From contig OZ242201.1 in the NCBI GenBank assembly GCA_965206105.1, positions 588,852 through 652,851 on the forward strand: 64,000 bases of DNA. Direction: 5' to 3'. Of the stretch, positions 7,924 to 16,894 are shown piece after piece (position 1 is the stretch's first letter; every line of letters starts with the position of its first letter). This stretch comes from Longimicrobiales bacterium. GTDB lineage: Bacteria; Gemmatimonadota; Gemmatimonadetes; Longimicrobiales; Gaopeijiaceae. The position numbers and the translations under genes were made by a program. A model generated the notes under the pieces. It saw only the letters and a list, made by a program, of their open reading frames with translations. It was not told the origin of the DNA and made no database searches.

Positions 7924-9912
7924 ATGCAACGTGAACGGAGCCGCACCAACGCGCCACCTGCAGATGTCTACGCGCAAAGGGCTGACCGCTTCGATCGGGA
8001 GGCCGCCGCCCAGGAGGGCACGGTTCGGTTCTACGGGCGACTCCGCCTCGCCCTCTTCACGGCTTCCACCCTGGGCGCATGGTGGCTCTTCGCTTCGGGA
8101 CGCGGCGCACCGGCGTGGCTGCTGCTGGCCGCGGCGGCGGCGCTCTTCGTGGTGTTCGTGGCGCGGCAGCAGGCGGCCCGGCTGCGCAGGCAGCGCGCAG
8201 AGTTCATGGCCGACTTCAACCGGGAAGGGATCGCCCGCATCGCGCGTTCGTGGCCCGGACTGCGATCCGCCCCCGACCTCGCGGCTCCCAACGGCCACGA
8301 CTACGCCGACGACCTCGACCTCTACGGCCACGCCTCCCTCCTGCACCTCGTGGGCGTGTGCGGGACGCCCCCCGGCTGGCGAACGCTGCAGGAGTGGCTG
8401 CTCCGTGGCGCGGACCAGGATACCATCGCCCTGCGCCAGGAGGCGGTCCGCGAGATGGCCGGGGCGCTCGCCTTTCGGGACGGGCTCGCGGCGGAGGGGC
8501 GGCTGGCGGCCATTCCCGCGGCGACGCGTCTCGTGGCCACTCCCACCGAGTCGCGGCTCGGAGCCACACCCACCGGGACGCGGGCGCGCGACTCGCAAGC
8601 CGCGCCCGAGGACCGCTTTCTCCGCTGGGCCGAAGGCGACCCGTGGCTGCCGGGGCACCGCTGGCTCCGCGCCGCCAGCTTCGTGCTCCCGCCAATCAAC
8701 GTGGCCGCGATCACCCTCTTTTCCCTGGGCATGGCGCCACTGCCGGCGCTGGTCTGGCCGCTCCTGATCTCGGCGCTGGTGGTCGTGCCGCGATGGCGCG
8801 CGATCCACGCTGTCTTCGACGAGGCGGATGACGGCGAGTCCGGGGTGCGGCGCTACGCCCCCATTCTCGGCCATCTTCGCGATGCGCCGCTCGGGTCGCG
8901 CTACCTGGCGGCCCTGCGCGAGCGCGTCGGCGCTGCTCCGCCGGCCGTCGCCGGGCCCGCGGGCGGCACCGTCGGGCCACCTTCGGCCGCCGGGCCACAC
9001 GCCGCACCCGAGGAGATCGCCACCCTGCGCCGCCTCCTCGACATGGCCGAGGCCAGAAGGTCGCCGCTCGGCCACATCCCGCTCGCGCTGGTTTTTCACT
9101 GGGACGTGCATGTGCTGGCCGCGATGGAGCGGTGGAAGGCGCGGTCGGGCCGCCGCGTGAGGGGGTGGCTGGGGGCGGTGGGGGAAGCGGAGGCGCTGGC
9201 CGCCCTTGCTGCCCTCGCCGCCGACAATCCCGGCTGGATGATGCCTGCGCTCGATGACCACGCTCGCACGCTCCGCGCCCGCGCCCTTGGCCACCCCCTC
9301 CTGCCGCCGCAGGAGTGCGTCCACAACAATGTCGAAATCGGCCCCGCGGGCTCCTTCCTGCTCGTCACCGGCTCCAACATGTCAGGCAAGTCGACCCTGC
9401 TCCGCGCAACCGGACTGAACGCGGTCCTGGCCCAGGCCGGCGGTCCCGTCTGCGCCGAGGAACTGCGGATGCCCCCGCTCCGCGTCATGACCAGCATCCA
9501 CATCGAGGACTCGCTCGCCGACGGCGTCTCCTACTTCCTTGCCGGACTCCAGCGGCTCAAGCGCGTGGTCGACGCGACCGCCGGCCCCCGGCCCCGCACC
9601 CTCTACCTCCTCGACGAGATCCTGCAGGGCACCAACAGCGCCGAGCGCCGCATCGCGGCCCGCACGGTGCTGAGAAAACTCGTCGCCACCGACGCGATCG
9701 GCGCCGTGACCACGCACGACCTCGCTCTCGCCGACGCCGACGACCTTGCCGAACGGGCAACCGCCGTCCACTTCACCGAATCTGTTGGGGCAACGGATAG
9801 GGAGCTCAGCTTCGACTATCGGCTGCGCGACGGCATCACCACTTCGACGAATGCGCTGCGGCTGCTGGCGTTGGCCGGGCTGGGAGATGGAGATGATTCC
9901 GGGGATTCGTAG
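7924..9912 (+). CDS. MutS-related ATPase (MutS domain V) with N-terminal membrane segments
   Basis: Walker A GSNMSGKST, then DSLADGVSYF, LLDEILQGTN and TTHDL. The ATG at 7924 is followed by hydrophobic helices. Confidence 0.8.
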   Translation: MQRERSRTNAPPADVYAQRADRFDREAAAQEGTVRFYGRLRLALFTASTLGAWWLFASGRGAPAWLLLAAAAALFVVFVARQQAARLRRQRAEFMADFNREGIARIARSWPGLRSAPDLAAPNGHDYADDLDLYGHASLLHLVGVCGTPPGWRTLQEWLLRGADQDTIALRQEAVREMAGALAFRDGLAAEGRLAAIPAATRLVATPTESRLGATPTGTRARDSQAAPEDRFLRWAEGDPWLPGHRWLRAASFVLPPINVAAITLFSLGMAPLPALVWPLLISALVVVPRWRAIHAVFDEADDGESGVRRYAPILGHLRDAPLGSRYLAALRERVGAAPPAVAGPAGGTVGPPSAAGPHAAPEEIATLRRLLDMAEARRSPLGHIPLALVFHWDVHVLAAMERWKARSGRRVRGWLGAVGEAEALAALAALAADNPGWMMPALDDHARTLRARALGHPLLPPQECVHNNVEIGPAGSFLLVTGSNMSGKSTLLRATGLNAVLAQAGGPVCAEELRMPPLRVMTSIHIEDSLADGVSYFLAGLQRLKRVVDATAGPRPRTLYLLDEILQGTNSAERRIAARTVLRKLVATDAIGAVTTHDLALADADDLAERATAVHFTESVGATDRELSFDYRLRDGITTSTNALRLLALAGLGDGDDSGDS

Positions 9913-9948
9913 CGCGGTTCGCGCAGCTGTTCCTATTCCCAGGGTGCG

Positions 9949-9995
9949 TCCCGGGAATTTTCCCGATCGGGAAAAAATTTTACCGATCGGGAAAA
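9949..9995. promoter_or_regulatory. candidate operator: TCCCGGGA plus two tandem 18-bp palindromes
   Basis: 9958..9975 is TTTTCCCGATCGGGAAAA, a perfect palindrome. 9978..9995 is TTTTACCGATCGGGAAAA, with one mismatch. They are 20 bp apart, about 50 bp upstream of the GTG at 10046. Confidence 0.5.
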
Positions 9996-10045
9996 TTCTC
10001 GTAACGGTGCCCCGAACCCCACATCGACCCTGACCCCTGCAGCAG

Positions 10046-11044
10046 GTGCCCCCACCCCTCACCCTCGTCATCCTCGCGGCCGGCCGCTCGACCCGCTTCG
10101 GCCGCCTGAAGCAGCTGGCGCCCGTCGGCCCCGGCGGCGCGGCCCTGCTCGACTACGCGCTCTACGACGGCGCCCTCGCCGGCTTCACCCGGTTCGTCCT
10201 CGTGATCCAGGAGGCGCTGCGGCCCGACTTCGACGCGCACCTGCGCGCCGCAATCACAGCCGGCCTCGACATTCGCTTCGCCTACCAGCGGCTCACCCAC
10301 CCCGGCCTGGTGGACGACCCGCCCCCCGGCCGCACCCGGCCCTGGGGCACCGGCCACGCGGTCCTGACGGCTGGCGAGGAGGTCGGCGGTGGCGGCCCCT
10401 TCGCGATCTGCAACGCCGACGACTTCTACGGACGGCAAGCGTACGCGGAGCTGGCAGAGGCAATGCGGAGTCCCCAGCCCCAGAACGCCACCAAGAGTAA
10501 AGCCAACATTACAGAACGTAAAGCAAACATGTCATTCGCCATCAGCTACCCCCTCTCGGCGACCCTCTCCGACAGCGGCGGCGTCTCGCGCGGCCTTTGC
10601 GAAGTCGACGAGTCCGGCACCCTCCTGCGGCTCACCGAGGGGCTGGAGCTGCGGCGGGTGGAGGCCGCCGACCGCAACCCCGCCCGCGTCCACGGCCGCG
10701 ACATCGCCGACCGGCCCATCAACGTCCCCACCGCCACCCCCGTCTGCACCAACCTGTGGGGCTTCGCACCCGGAATCCTGCCCCCCCTTCGCGACCTCTT
10801 CACCCGGTTCCTCGCCGCCGACCCCGGCCTTGACCGCGAGTTCTACCTCTCCGAAGCGATGAACGAGCTGATCGCGACCGGTCGCGCCCACTGCACCGTG
10901 CTCCCCACCGGCGCCCTCTGGCTCGGCGTCACCTTCCCCGGCGACCACGCGGGAGTGGCCGAATCGCTGCGCAAGCTGGTAGACTCGAAGGTCTACCCTG
11001 CGCGACTCTGGGACGCTCCGCCCCTCCCCTTGCCCCCCGATTGA
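10046..11044 (+). CDS. sugar-phosphate nucleotidyltransferase family protein
   Basis: N-terminal LVILAAGRSTRFG motif, then GTGHA and CNADDFYG. Carries an in-frame AT-rich insertion (element copy B). Confidence 0.75.
   Translation: MPPPLTLVILAAGRSTRFGRLKQLAPVGPGGAALLDYALYDGALAGFTRFVLVIQEALRPDFDAHLRAAITAGLDIRFAYQRLTHPGLVDDPPPGRTRPWGTGHAVLTAGEEVGGGGPFAICNADDFYGRQAYAELAEAMRSPQPQNATKSKANITERKANMSFAISYPLSATLSDSGGVSRGLCEVDESGTLLRLTEGLELRRVEAADRNPARVHGRDIADRPINVPTATPVCTNLWGFAPGILPPLRDLFTRFLAADPGLDREFYLSEAMNELIATGRAHCTVLPTGALWLGVTFPGDHAGVAESLRKLVDSKVYPARLWDAPPLPLPPD
10497..10533 (+). repeat. 37-bp AT-rich bipartite element, copy B (direct units), inside ORF
   Basis: GTAAAGCCAACATTAC-AGAAC-GTAAAGCAAACATGTC. 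Confidence 0.8.
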
Positions 11045-11049
11045 CGCCG

Positions 11050-12825
11050 ATGCAACTCACCACACTCGACTGGATCGTCATCACCCTCTACGGCCTCACG
11101 GCCCTCGCCATCGGCCTCCGCTTCGCCCGGCGCGCGGGTTCGGGCGCCGACGAGTTCTTCCTCTCGGGTCGCAAGCTGCCCTGGTGGCTGCTGGGCACGT
11201 CGATGGTGGCCACGACCTTCTCCACGGACACGCCCAACCTGGTCGCCGACTTCGTGCGCAGCGGGGGCGTCGCGCAGAACTGGTCGTGGTGGGCCTTCCT
11301 GATCACCGGGATGCTCACGGTCTTCTTCTACGCGCGCCTGTGGCGCCGCTCGGGCGCGCTGACCGACATCGAGTTCTACGAACTGCGCTACTCCGGACGG
11401 CCGGCGGCCTTCCTTCGGGGCTTCCGCGCGCTCTACCTGGGTGTCTTCTACAACGTGGTGATCATCGCCACGGTGACGCTGGCGGCGACCAAGATCGGCG
11501 GTGTGCTGCTCGGGCTCGACCCGCTCACGACCGTGCTCATCGCCGGGTCCGTGACCATGCTCTATTCGGCCACCTCGGGGCTCTGGGGGGTCGTCGCCAC
11601 CGACCTGCTCCTCTTCGTCATCGCGATGATCGGATCCGTAGCCGCGGCGGTCTTCGCGCTCCAGCAACCCGAGGTCGGCGGGCTCGCGGGCCTCGTCTCC
11701 AACCCCGAGCTGCAGTCGGCAATGCGCTTCTTCCCCGACTTCTCCGACTGGAGCGTCGCGATGGGGATCTTCATCATCCCGATCGCGGTTCAGTGGTGGA
11801 GCGCGTGGTATCCGGGCGCCGAGCCCGGCGGCGGCGGGTACGTCGCCCAGCGCATGCTGGCCGCGAAGGACGAGCGGGAGGCGATGAAGGCGACGCTGTG
11901 GTTCAACATCGCGCACTACGGGCTGCGGCCGTGGCCGTGGATCATCGTCGCGCTCTGCTCGATGGTCATCTACCCGGAGCTCTCCGACATCCAGGCCCGC
12001 TTTCCGGAACTCGACCCCTCGCTGGTGGGCAACGACCTGGCCTATCCGGCGATGCTCGTATTCCTGCCGGCGGGTCTGCTGGGGCTGGTGGTCGCGTCGC
12101 TGGCGGCCGCCTACATGTCGACGATCAGCACGCAGCTGAACTGGGGGTCGTCGTACGTCGTCAACGACTGCTACCGGCGCTTCGTGAACCAGGGGGCCAG
12201 CGACCGGGAGCTGGTGGCGGTGGGACGCCTGTCCACGGTCGGGCTGATGGTGCTCGGCGCCTTCGTCGCGCTCCAGCTGGATACGGCCGGGCAGGGATTC
12301 CAGATCCTGCTGCAGATCGGGGCCGGGACGGGGCTCATCTTCCTGCTGCGCTGGTTCTGGTACCGGGTGAACGTGTGGAGCGAACTCTCCGGGATGACGA
12401 TCTCGTTCCTCATGGCGTTCTACTTCGCCTTCGGCCACCAGCAGCTGCTGGGGTTCGATCCGCTGCCGGCGTCGATGCAGCTGGTGATCGGAGTGGCGGT
12501 GACGACGGTGGTGTGGGTCGGCGTGACCCTCGTGACGCCGCCGGCCAGCCGCGAGACGCTGCAGGCCTTCTACGACCGGATCCAGCCGATGGGCAAGGGG
12601 TGGGGACGGGTCGTGAGGGTCGGCGACGGGCCAAAGGATGCCGGCACGATCACCGCGTCCTTCCTCGCGTGGTTCCTGGGGTGCGTCCTCGTCTACGCGG
12701 CCCTATTCGGGACCGGATACCTGCTCTACGGGCAATTCCACTGGGCAGTGCTGGCCCTCGGGGTGTCGGCGGCGGCCGGCGTGTGGCTCTTCCGGCTGCT
12801 GCCGAGGATCGGTTACGCGGGTTGA
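11050..12825 (+). CDS. sodium:solute symporter (SSS) family transporter
   Basis: Multi-pass membrane protein. FLSGRKLPWWLLGTSMVATTFSTDTP is typical of SSS N-termini. The ATG lies 5 nt after the upstream stop. Confidence 0.85.
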   Translation: MQLTTLDWIVITLYGLTALAIGLRFARRAGSGADEFFLSGRKLPWWLLGTSMVATTFSTDTPNLVADFVRSGGVAQNWSWWAFLITGMLTVFFYARLWRRSGALTDIEFYELRYSGRPAAFLRGFRALYLGVFYNVVIIATVTLAATKIGGVLLGLDPLTTVLIAGSVTMLYSATSGLWGVVATDLLLFVIAMIGSVAAAVFALQQPEVGGLAGLVSNPELQSAMRFFPDFSDWSVAMGIFIIPIAVQWWSAWYPGAEPGGGGYVAQRMLAAKDEREAMKATLWFNIAHYGLRPWPWIIVALCSMVIYPELSDIQARFPELDPSLVGNDLAYPAMLVFLPAGLLGLVVASLAAAYMSTISTQLNWGSSYVVNDCYRRFVNQGASDRELVAVGRLSTVGLMVLGAFVALQLDTAGQGFQILLQIGAGTGLIFLLRWFWYRVNVWSELSGMTISFLMAFYFAFGHQQLLGFDPLPASMQLVIGVAVTTVVWVGVTLVTPPASRETLQAFYDRIQPMGKGWGRVVRVGDGPKDAGTITASFLAWFLGCVLVYAALFGTGYLLYGQFHWAVLALGVSAAAGVWLFRLLPRIGYAG

Positions 12826-12829
12826 CGGG

Positions 12830-14257
12830 GTGACGGGGGGTAGCCGCGGCCGCTCGCATGACGCGCGGGTATCTTCCGCGGGCTCCTTTACGGCGATCGC
12901 GCCCGGGCGCGTCAACCTGATCGGGGAGCACACCGACTACAACGGGTTGCCGGTGCTGCCGATCGCGATTGACCGGGCGGTCCGTATCGGGTTTCGGGTC
13001 GTGGGCGAGCCGGTGGTGTGGTTGGACAGCGCCGGGGCGCGGTTTGCGCCCTTAACGTTTCAGCTGAAACGTCCCATCGAGCCCGCGGAGCAGGGAGACT
13101 GGTCGAACTATGTGCGGGCGGCGGCGCGGGGGCTGCTGGAGAGCGGGCTGCTCGGCGCCGATCCTCTGCCCTGCGGTATCGAAGGAACCGTGAGCGGCGA
13201 TGTGCCGATTGCCGCGGGGCTGTCGTCCTCGTCGGCGCTGGTGGTGGCGAGCGCGTTGGCGCTGCTGAGGGCGAATGGGGTGGGTGTGGGGGGGGCGGGG
13301 GGGGGCGGGGGGCGGGGCGAGGTGGCGGGGGCGGGCGCCGGGCGGGGCGAAGCGGGCGCCGGGCGCACCGAGGTGCCGCGCCTTGACCTCGCCGCGCTGA
13401 TGGCGCGGGCCGAGCGCTTCGTGGGGCTGGAAGGGGGAGGGATGGACCAGGCGGCGTGCCTGTTTGGGGAGGAGGGGCATGCGCTTAGGATCGAGTTCGA
13501 GCCGCTGCGGGTGACGAAGGTGGCCGTGCCGGAGGGGTGGCGGTGGGTGGTGGCGTCGTCGCTGGTCCGCGCGGAGAAGTCGGGGGGTGCGCGCGAGGCA
13601 TACAACGAGCGGGCGAGGCAGTGCCGGGAGGCGCTGGGAGCGGTGGTGGAGCACCTGTCGCGGAGGGGAGGCGACGGACGCCGCGGCAGAGAGCGGGACG
13701 CGGGCATGTCGCGTTGGGACGGCCCCGACGCGCGCCGCGGCAAAGCGCGGGACGAGGGCATGTCTGGTTGGGCGGTCGCCGGATCCACGACCTACTCGGG
13801 CCTGCTGGCGCGCGGTGGTCTTGGCGAGCTGATCGCGGATGCCCAGCGCGTACTCTCGCCCGTGCTGCTGCGCCGCTTCCGCCACGTCGTGACGGAGGGC
13901 CGCCGGGTCGCGCAGGCCGAGGCGGCGATGCGGGCGGGCGAAATGGGCCGCTTCGGGGAATTGATGGTCGCATCGCACGAGAGCCTCCGTAGCGACTACG
14001 AGGTGAGCACGCCCGCGCTGGACGAGATCGTGGAGATTGCGCTCGAGGCCGGAGCCGCCGGGGCCAGGCTGACCGGGGCGGGGTTCGGGGGATGCGCGGT
14101 GGCGCTGTGCGACGAGCGCACCGTCCGCGCGGTGATGGATGCCCTCGCCGCGCGGTTCTACGCGCCGCGCCTGGGCGGGCCGCCGGGGGGCGACGTGATG
14201 TTTGCCGTGAAGGCATCGGGGGGGGCGGGGGTGGGGGGGGCGGACGGGGCGTCCTGA
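12830..14257 (+). CDS. galK: galactokinase-like GHMP kinase with low-complexity insertions
   Basis: GRVNLIGEHTDYNG galactokinase signature and GLSSSSALVVA GHMP motif. A GTG start at 12830 lies just after the symporter stop. Two Gly/Arg-rich insertions. Confidence 0.8.
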   Translation: MTGGSRGRSHDARVSSAGSFTAIAPGRVNLIGEHTDYNGLPVLPIAIDRAVRIGFRVVGEPVVWLDSAGARFAPLTFQLKRPIEPAEQGDWSNYVRAAARGLLESGLLGADPLPCGIEGTVSGDVPIAAGLSSSSALVVASALALLRANGVGVGGAGGGGGRGEVAGAGAGRGEAGAGRTEVPRLDLAALMARAERFVGLEGGGMDQAACLFGEEGHALRIEFEPLRVTKVAVPEGWRWVVASSLVRAEKSGGAREAYNERARQCREALGAVVEHLSRRGGDGRRGRERDAGMSRWDGPDARRGKARDEGMSGWAVAGSTTYSGLLARGGLGELIADAQRVLSPVLLRRFRHVVTEGRRVAQAEAAMRAGEMGRFGELMVASHESLRSDYEVSTPALDEIVEIALEAGAAGARLTGAGFGGCAVALCDERTVRAVMDALAARFYAPRLGGPPGGDVMFAVKASGGAGVGGADGAS

Positions 14258-14348
14258 GGGGCCAGCTTGTGCAGTTTCGCATTGCGCTTGGCTACGACAT
14301 AGTGTCATAATCATACGACAACAGATCGTAAATGCATCGGAGGGGACA

Positions 14349-15650
14349 ATGTCCGCAGGAACCACCGCTCGCATCGCAATCTTTGCCGTCACCGCAGCCG
14401 TAACGACCACCGCCTGCGAAGCCTCCCCGGCAGGCGACCTCGCATCGTCCACCCAGGTCGAGGACAGCGCCGGCGTCATCATCGTCGAGAACGCCCGCCC
14501 AGCTTCCGAATCGCGCCTCGGCTGGGAGGTGAGCCCGGAGGCGAGCCTGTCGATCGGGACCGCGGAGGGCACCGATGACTTCCAGCTTCACCGGGTCGAC
14601 GATGCGCTCAAGCTGAACGACGGGCGGATCGTGGTCGCCAATGGAGGATCTCACCAGCTGCTGGTCTTCGACGCGGCCGGCAACTACCTGACGGCTTGGG
14701 GACAGCGGGGGGAAGGTCCGGGCGACTTCGGTGGCTCACGGAGTGACGATGGATTGAGCGCCGGTCTCTTTTGGATGGATCGTTGGCCGGGGGATTCGCT
14801 GGCGGTTTGTCACGGTGGACCGCCCGTGGGACCGAAGCACTTCGTGTCGGTCCTGGACACCCGGGGACGCCATGGTCGCAGACTCAATCTGGCCCGCGAC
14901 GAAGTTGTACCCATTTGTCGCGATCCGGTGCCGGGGGGAGCAATCCTGGCCAGTCGCTCCCTCGGGCCATCCCCTCCGCTCCCGAAGGAGGACCCGGAGA
15001 AGGGCCTCTACCGCCAGGAAGTGGAGCTGTTCATCGTCGCGGGAGACGGCTCTTCCCAGGTATCGCTCGGTCCACACTCCGGTGCCGAGACCTTCTGGCA
15101 CTGGGAAGAGGCCATCTGGGACGGCACCGCCTTCACCATCATGCAACCGCCATTCCAGAAGTCGCTGGTGTGGGCAGCCTGGGGCCAACTCGTGGTCGTC
15201 GCTCCCACGGAACGATATGAACTCCGGGCCTACCGCCAGGACGGGTCCCTGGCGCGGATCGTGCGGCGAGAAAACGACGTGCGTAGTCCCACGCAGGCCG
15301 ATCTGGACGGCTACCGGGCGGCCGAAGCACCCGAGGGTGAGCTGACCAACTTCTCCCGCAACCGCCTGGCGGCCTGGAACGCCCTTCCGCTCGCCGAGTC
15401 CTTCCCCGCCATCTCCTCCATTCAGGCCGATCTCCTCGACAACCTCTGGGTCCGCGAACACAACCTTCCCGGCGAGGAGGGCCGCGCCCTCTGGACCGTC
15501 TTCGACCCGGAAGGGCTCGTTCTCGGATTCGTCGAGACTCCGCCTGAACTGGTCATCTACGAGATCGGCGAGGACTACATCCTCGGCAAGGTCAGGGATG
15601 AGCTGGGGGTGGAATACGTGCAGGTCCGGGGGCTGGATCGGTCGGGGTAG
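14349..15650 (+). CDS. beta-propeller (NHL/TolB-like) lipoprotein
   Basis: The ATG is preceded by GGAGGGGACA. Signal plus Cys (AVTAAVTTTAC). Repeated strand motifs such as IVVANGGSHQLLVFDAAGNYL. Confidence 0.65.
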   Translation: MSAGTTARIAIFAVTAAVTTTACEASPAGDLASSTQVEDSAGVIIVENARPASESRLGWEVSPEASLSIGTAEGTDDFQLHRVDDALKLNDGRIVVANGGSHQLLVFDAAGNYLTAWGQRGEGPGDFGGSRSDDGLSAGLFWMDRWPGDSLAVCHGGPPVGPKHFVSVLDTRGRHGRRLNLARDEVVPICRDPVPGGAILASRSLGPSPPLPKEDPEKGLYRQEVELFIVAGDGSSQVSLGPHSGAETFWHWEEAIWDGTAFTIMQPPFQKSLVWAAWGQLVVVAPTERYELRAYRQDGSLARIVRRENDVRSPTQADLDGYRAAEAPEGELTNFSRNRLAAWNALPLAESFPAISSIQADLLDNLWVREHNLPGEEGRALWTVFDPEGLVLGFVETPPELVIYEIGEDYILGKVRDELGVEYVQVRGLDRSG

Positions 15651-15693
15651 ACGAAGAGCCGGGTTGGCGAACGGCCCGCAGCCGGTTAGCCTT

Positions 15694-15723
15694 GCTAATC
15701 TATAGTCTCCACTAGAGATTAGC
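15694..15723. promoter_or_regulatory. inverted repeat immediately upstream of the ATPase gene
   Basis: GCTAATCTATAG-tctcca-CTAGAGATTAGC: 12-nt arms with 1 mismatch. It ends 4 nt before the ATG at 15728. Confidence 0.45.
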
Positions 15724-15727
15724 TCAT

Positions 15728-16894
15728 ATGATCACCAGACGCAGCAGGGAACTGATCCGGCGAGACCTCGCCTGGTTCCCCTCGGTTGTTCTGTTGGGAC
15801 CGCGCCAGGTGGGCAAGACGACTCTCGCCCGGGAGATCGAGAGCGAGGTTCGCGATTCACTCTATCTGGACCTGGAGGATCCCGGCGTCGTGGGCCGGCT
15901 ATCGAACCCGAGACGCTATCTCGACCTGCACCGCCACCGCCTGGTCATCCTCGACGAAATCCAGCGAATGTCGGATCTCTTTCGGGTCCTGCGTGGCGCC
16001 ATTGACGCACGCCGGCGGGAAGGGCGTGAGAGCGGACACTTCCTCATCCTCGGATCCGCCTCCGGGGCTTTGCTGCGCCAATCCGCCGAGTCCCTCGCGG
16101 GGCGCGTCGCCTATCATGAGCTGCCGGGTCTCGACGCGCTGGAAGTGGGCCGCGATCCGGACCGTTCCTGGCTCCGGGGCGGGTTTCCGGACAGCGTCAC
16201 CGCACCTGGCGACGAAATCAGCTTGCGCTGGCGCACCAACTTCATCCGCACCTACCTGGAGCGGGACCTTCCTCAGGCCGGGCTGAGGGCACCCGCCGAA
16301 ACGCTGCGCAGGTTCTGGACGATGCTGTCGCACTCGCAGGGAACGCCCTTCAACGCCGCGAGACTGGCGGGCAGCCTCGGGGTCTCGGTGCCGTCGGTGA
16401 AGCGGTACGCCGACACGCTGGTCGACCTGATGCTGGTGCGCAGGCTCCAGCCCTACCATGCGAATGTGGGCAAGCGGCTCATCAAATCCCCCAGGCTCTT
16501 CGTGCGCGACAGCGGGATCGTCCACGCGCTGCTCCACATCCGGTCGATCGACGACCTGCTCGGCCATCCGGTGGCCGGAGCAAGCTGGGAGGGCCATGTC
16601 GTCGAGAACCTCATTGGGGCCGCCCCGGAGGGGACGGATGCGTTCTTCTACAGGACGCGGGCCGGTGCGGAGATCGATCTGCTCCTCCTGCTGCCGGGGC
16701 AGGAGCTCTGGGCAATCGAAGTGAAGCGATCCTCGGCCCCCAGGGTCCCGCGCGGCTTCCGCATCGCGACCGCCGATGTCCAGGCGGCCCGGAGCTTCAT
16801 CGTCTATCCGGGTGAAGAGACCTACCCGTTGGGCGACGGGATCACTGCGACGCCGCTCCCCGCCCTGATGGGCCGGCTCGTCGAGACGCGGTAG
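15728..16894 (+). CDS. AAA-type ATPase with DUF4143-like C-terminal domain
   Basis: Walker A LLGPRQVGKTT and Walker B LVILDEIQ. The layout is typical of the AAA_14/DUF4143 family. Confidence 0.8.
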   Translation: MITRRSRELIRRDLAWFPSVVLLGPRQVGKTTLAREIESEVRDSLYLDLEDPGVVGRLSNPRRYLDLHRHRLVILDEIQRMSDLFRVLRGAIDARRREGRESGHFLILGSASGALLRQSAESLAGRVAYHELPGLDALEVGRDPDRSWLRGGFPDSVTAPGDEISLRWRTNFIRTYLERDLPQAGLRAPAETLRRFWTMLSHSQGTPFNAARLAGSLGVSVPSVKRYADTLVDLMLVRRLQPYHANVGKRLIKSPRLFVRDSGIVHALLHIRSIDDLLGHPVAGASWEGHVVENLIGAAPEGTDAFFYRTRAGAEIDLLLLLPGQELWAIEVKRSSAPRVPRGFRIATADVQAARSFIVYPGEETYPLGDGITATPLPALMGRLVETR

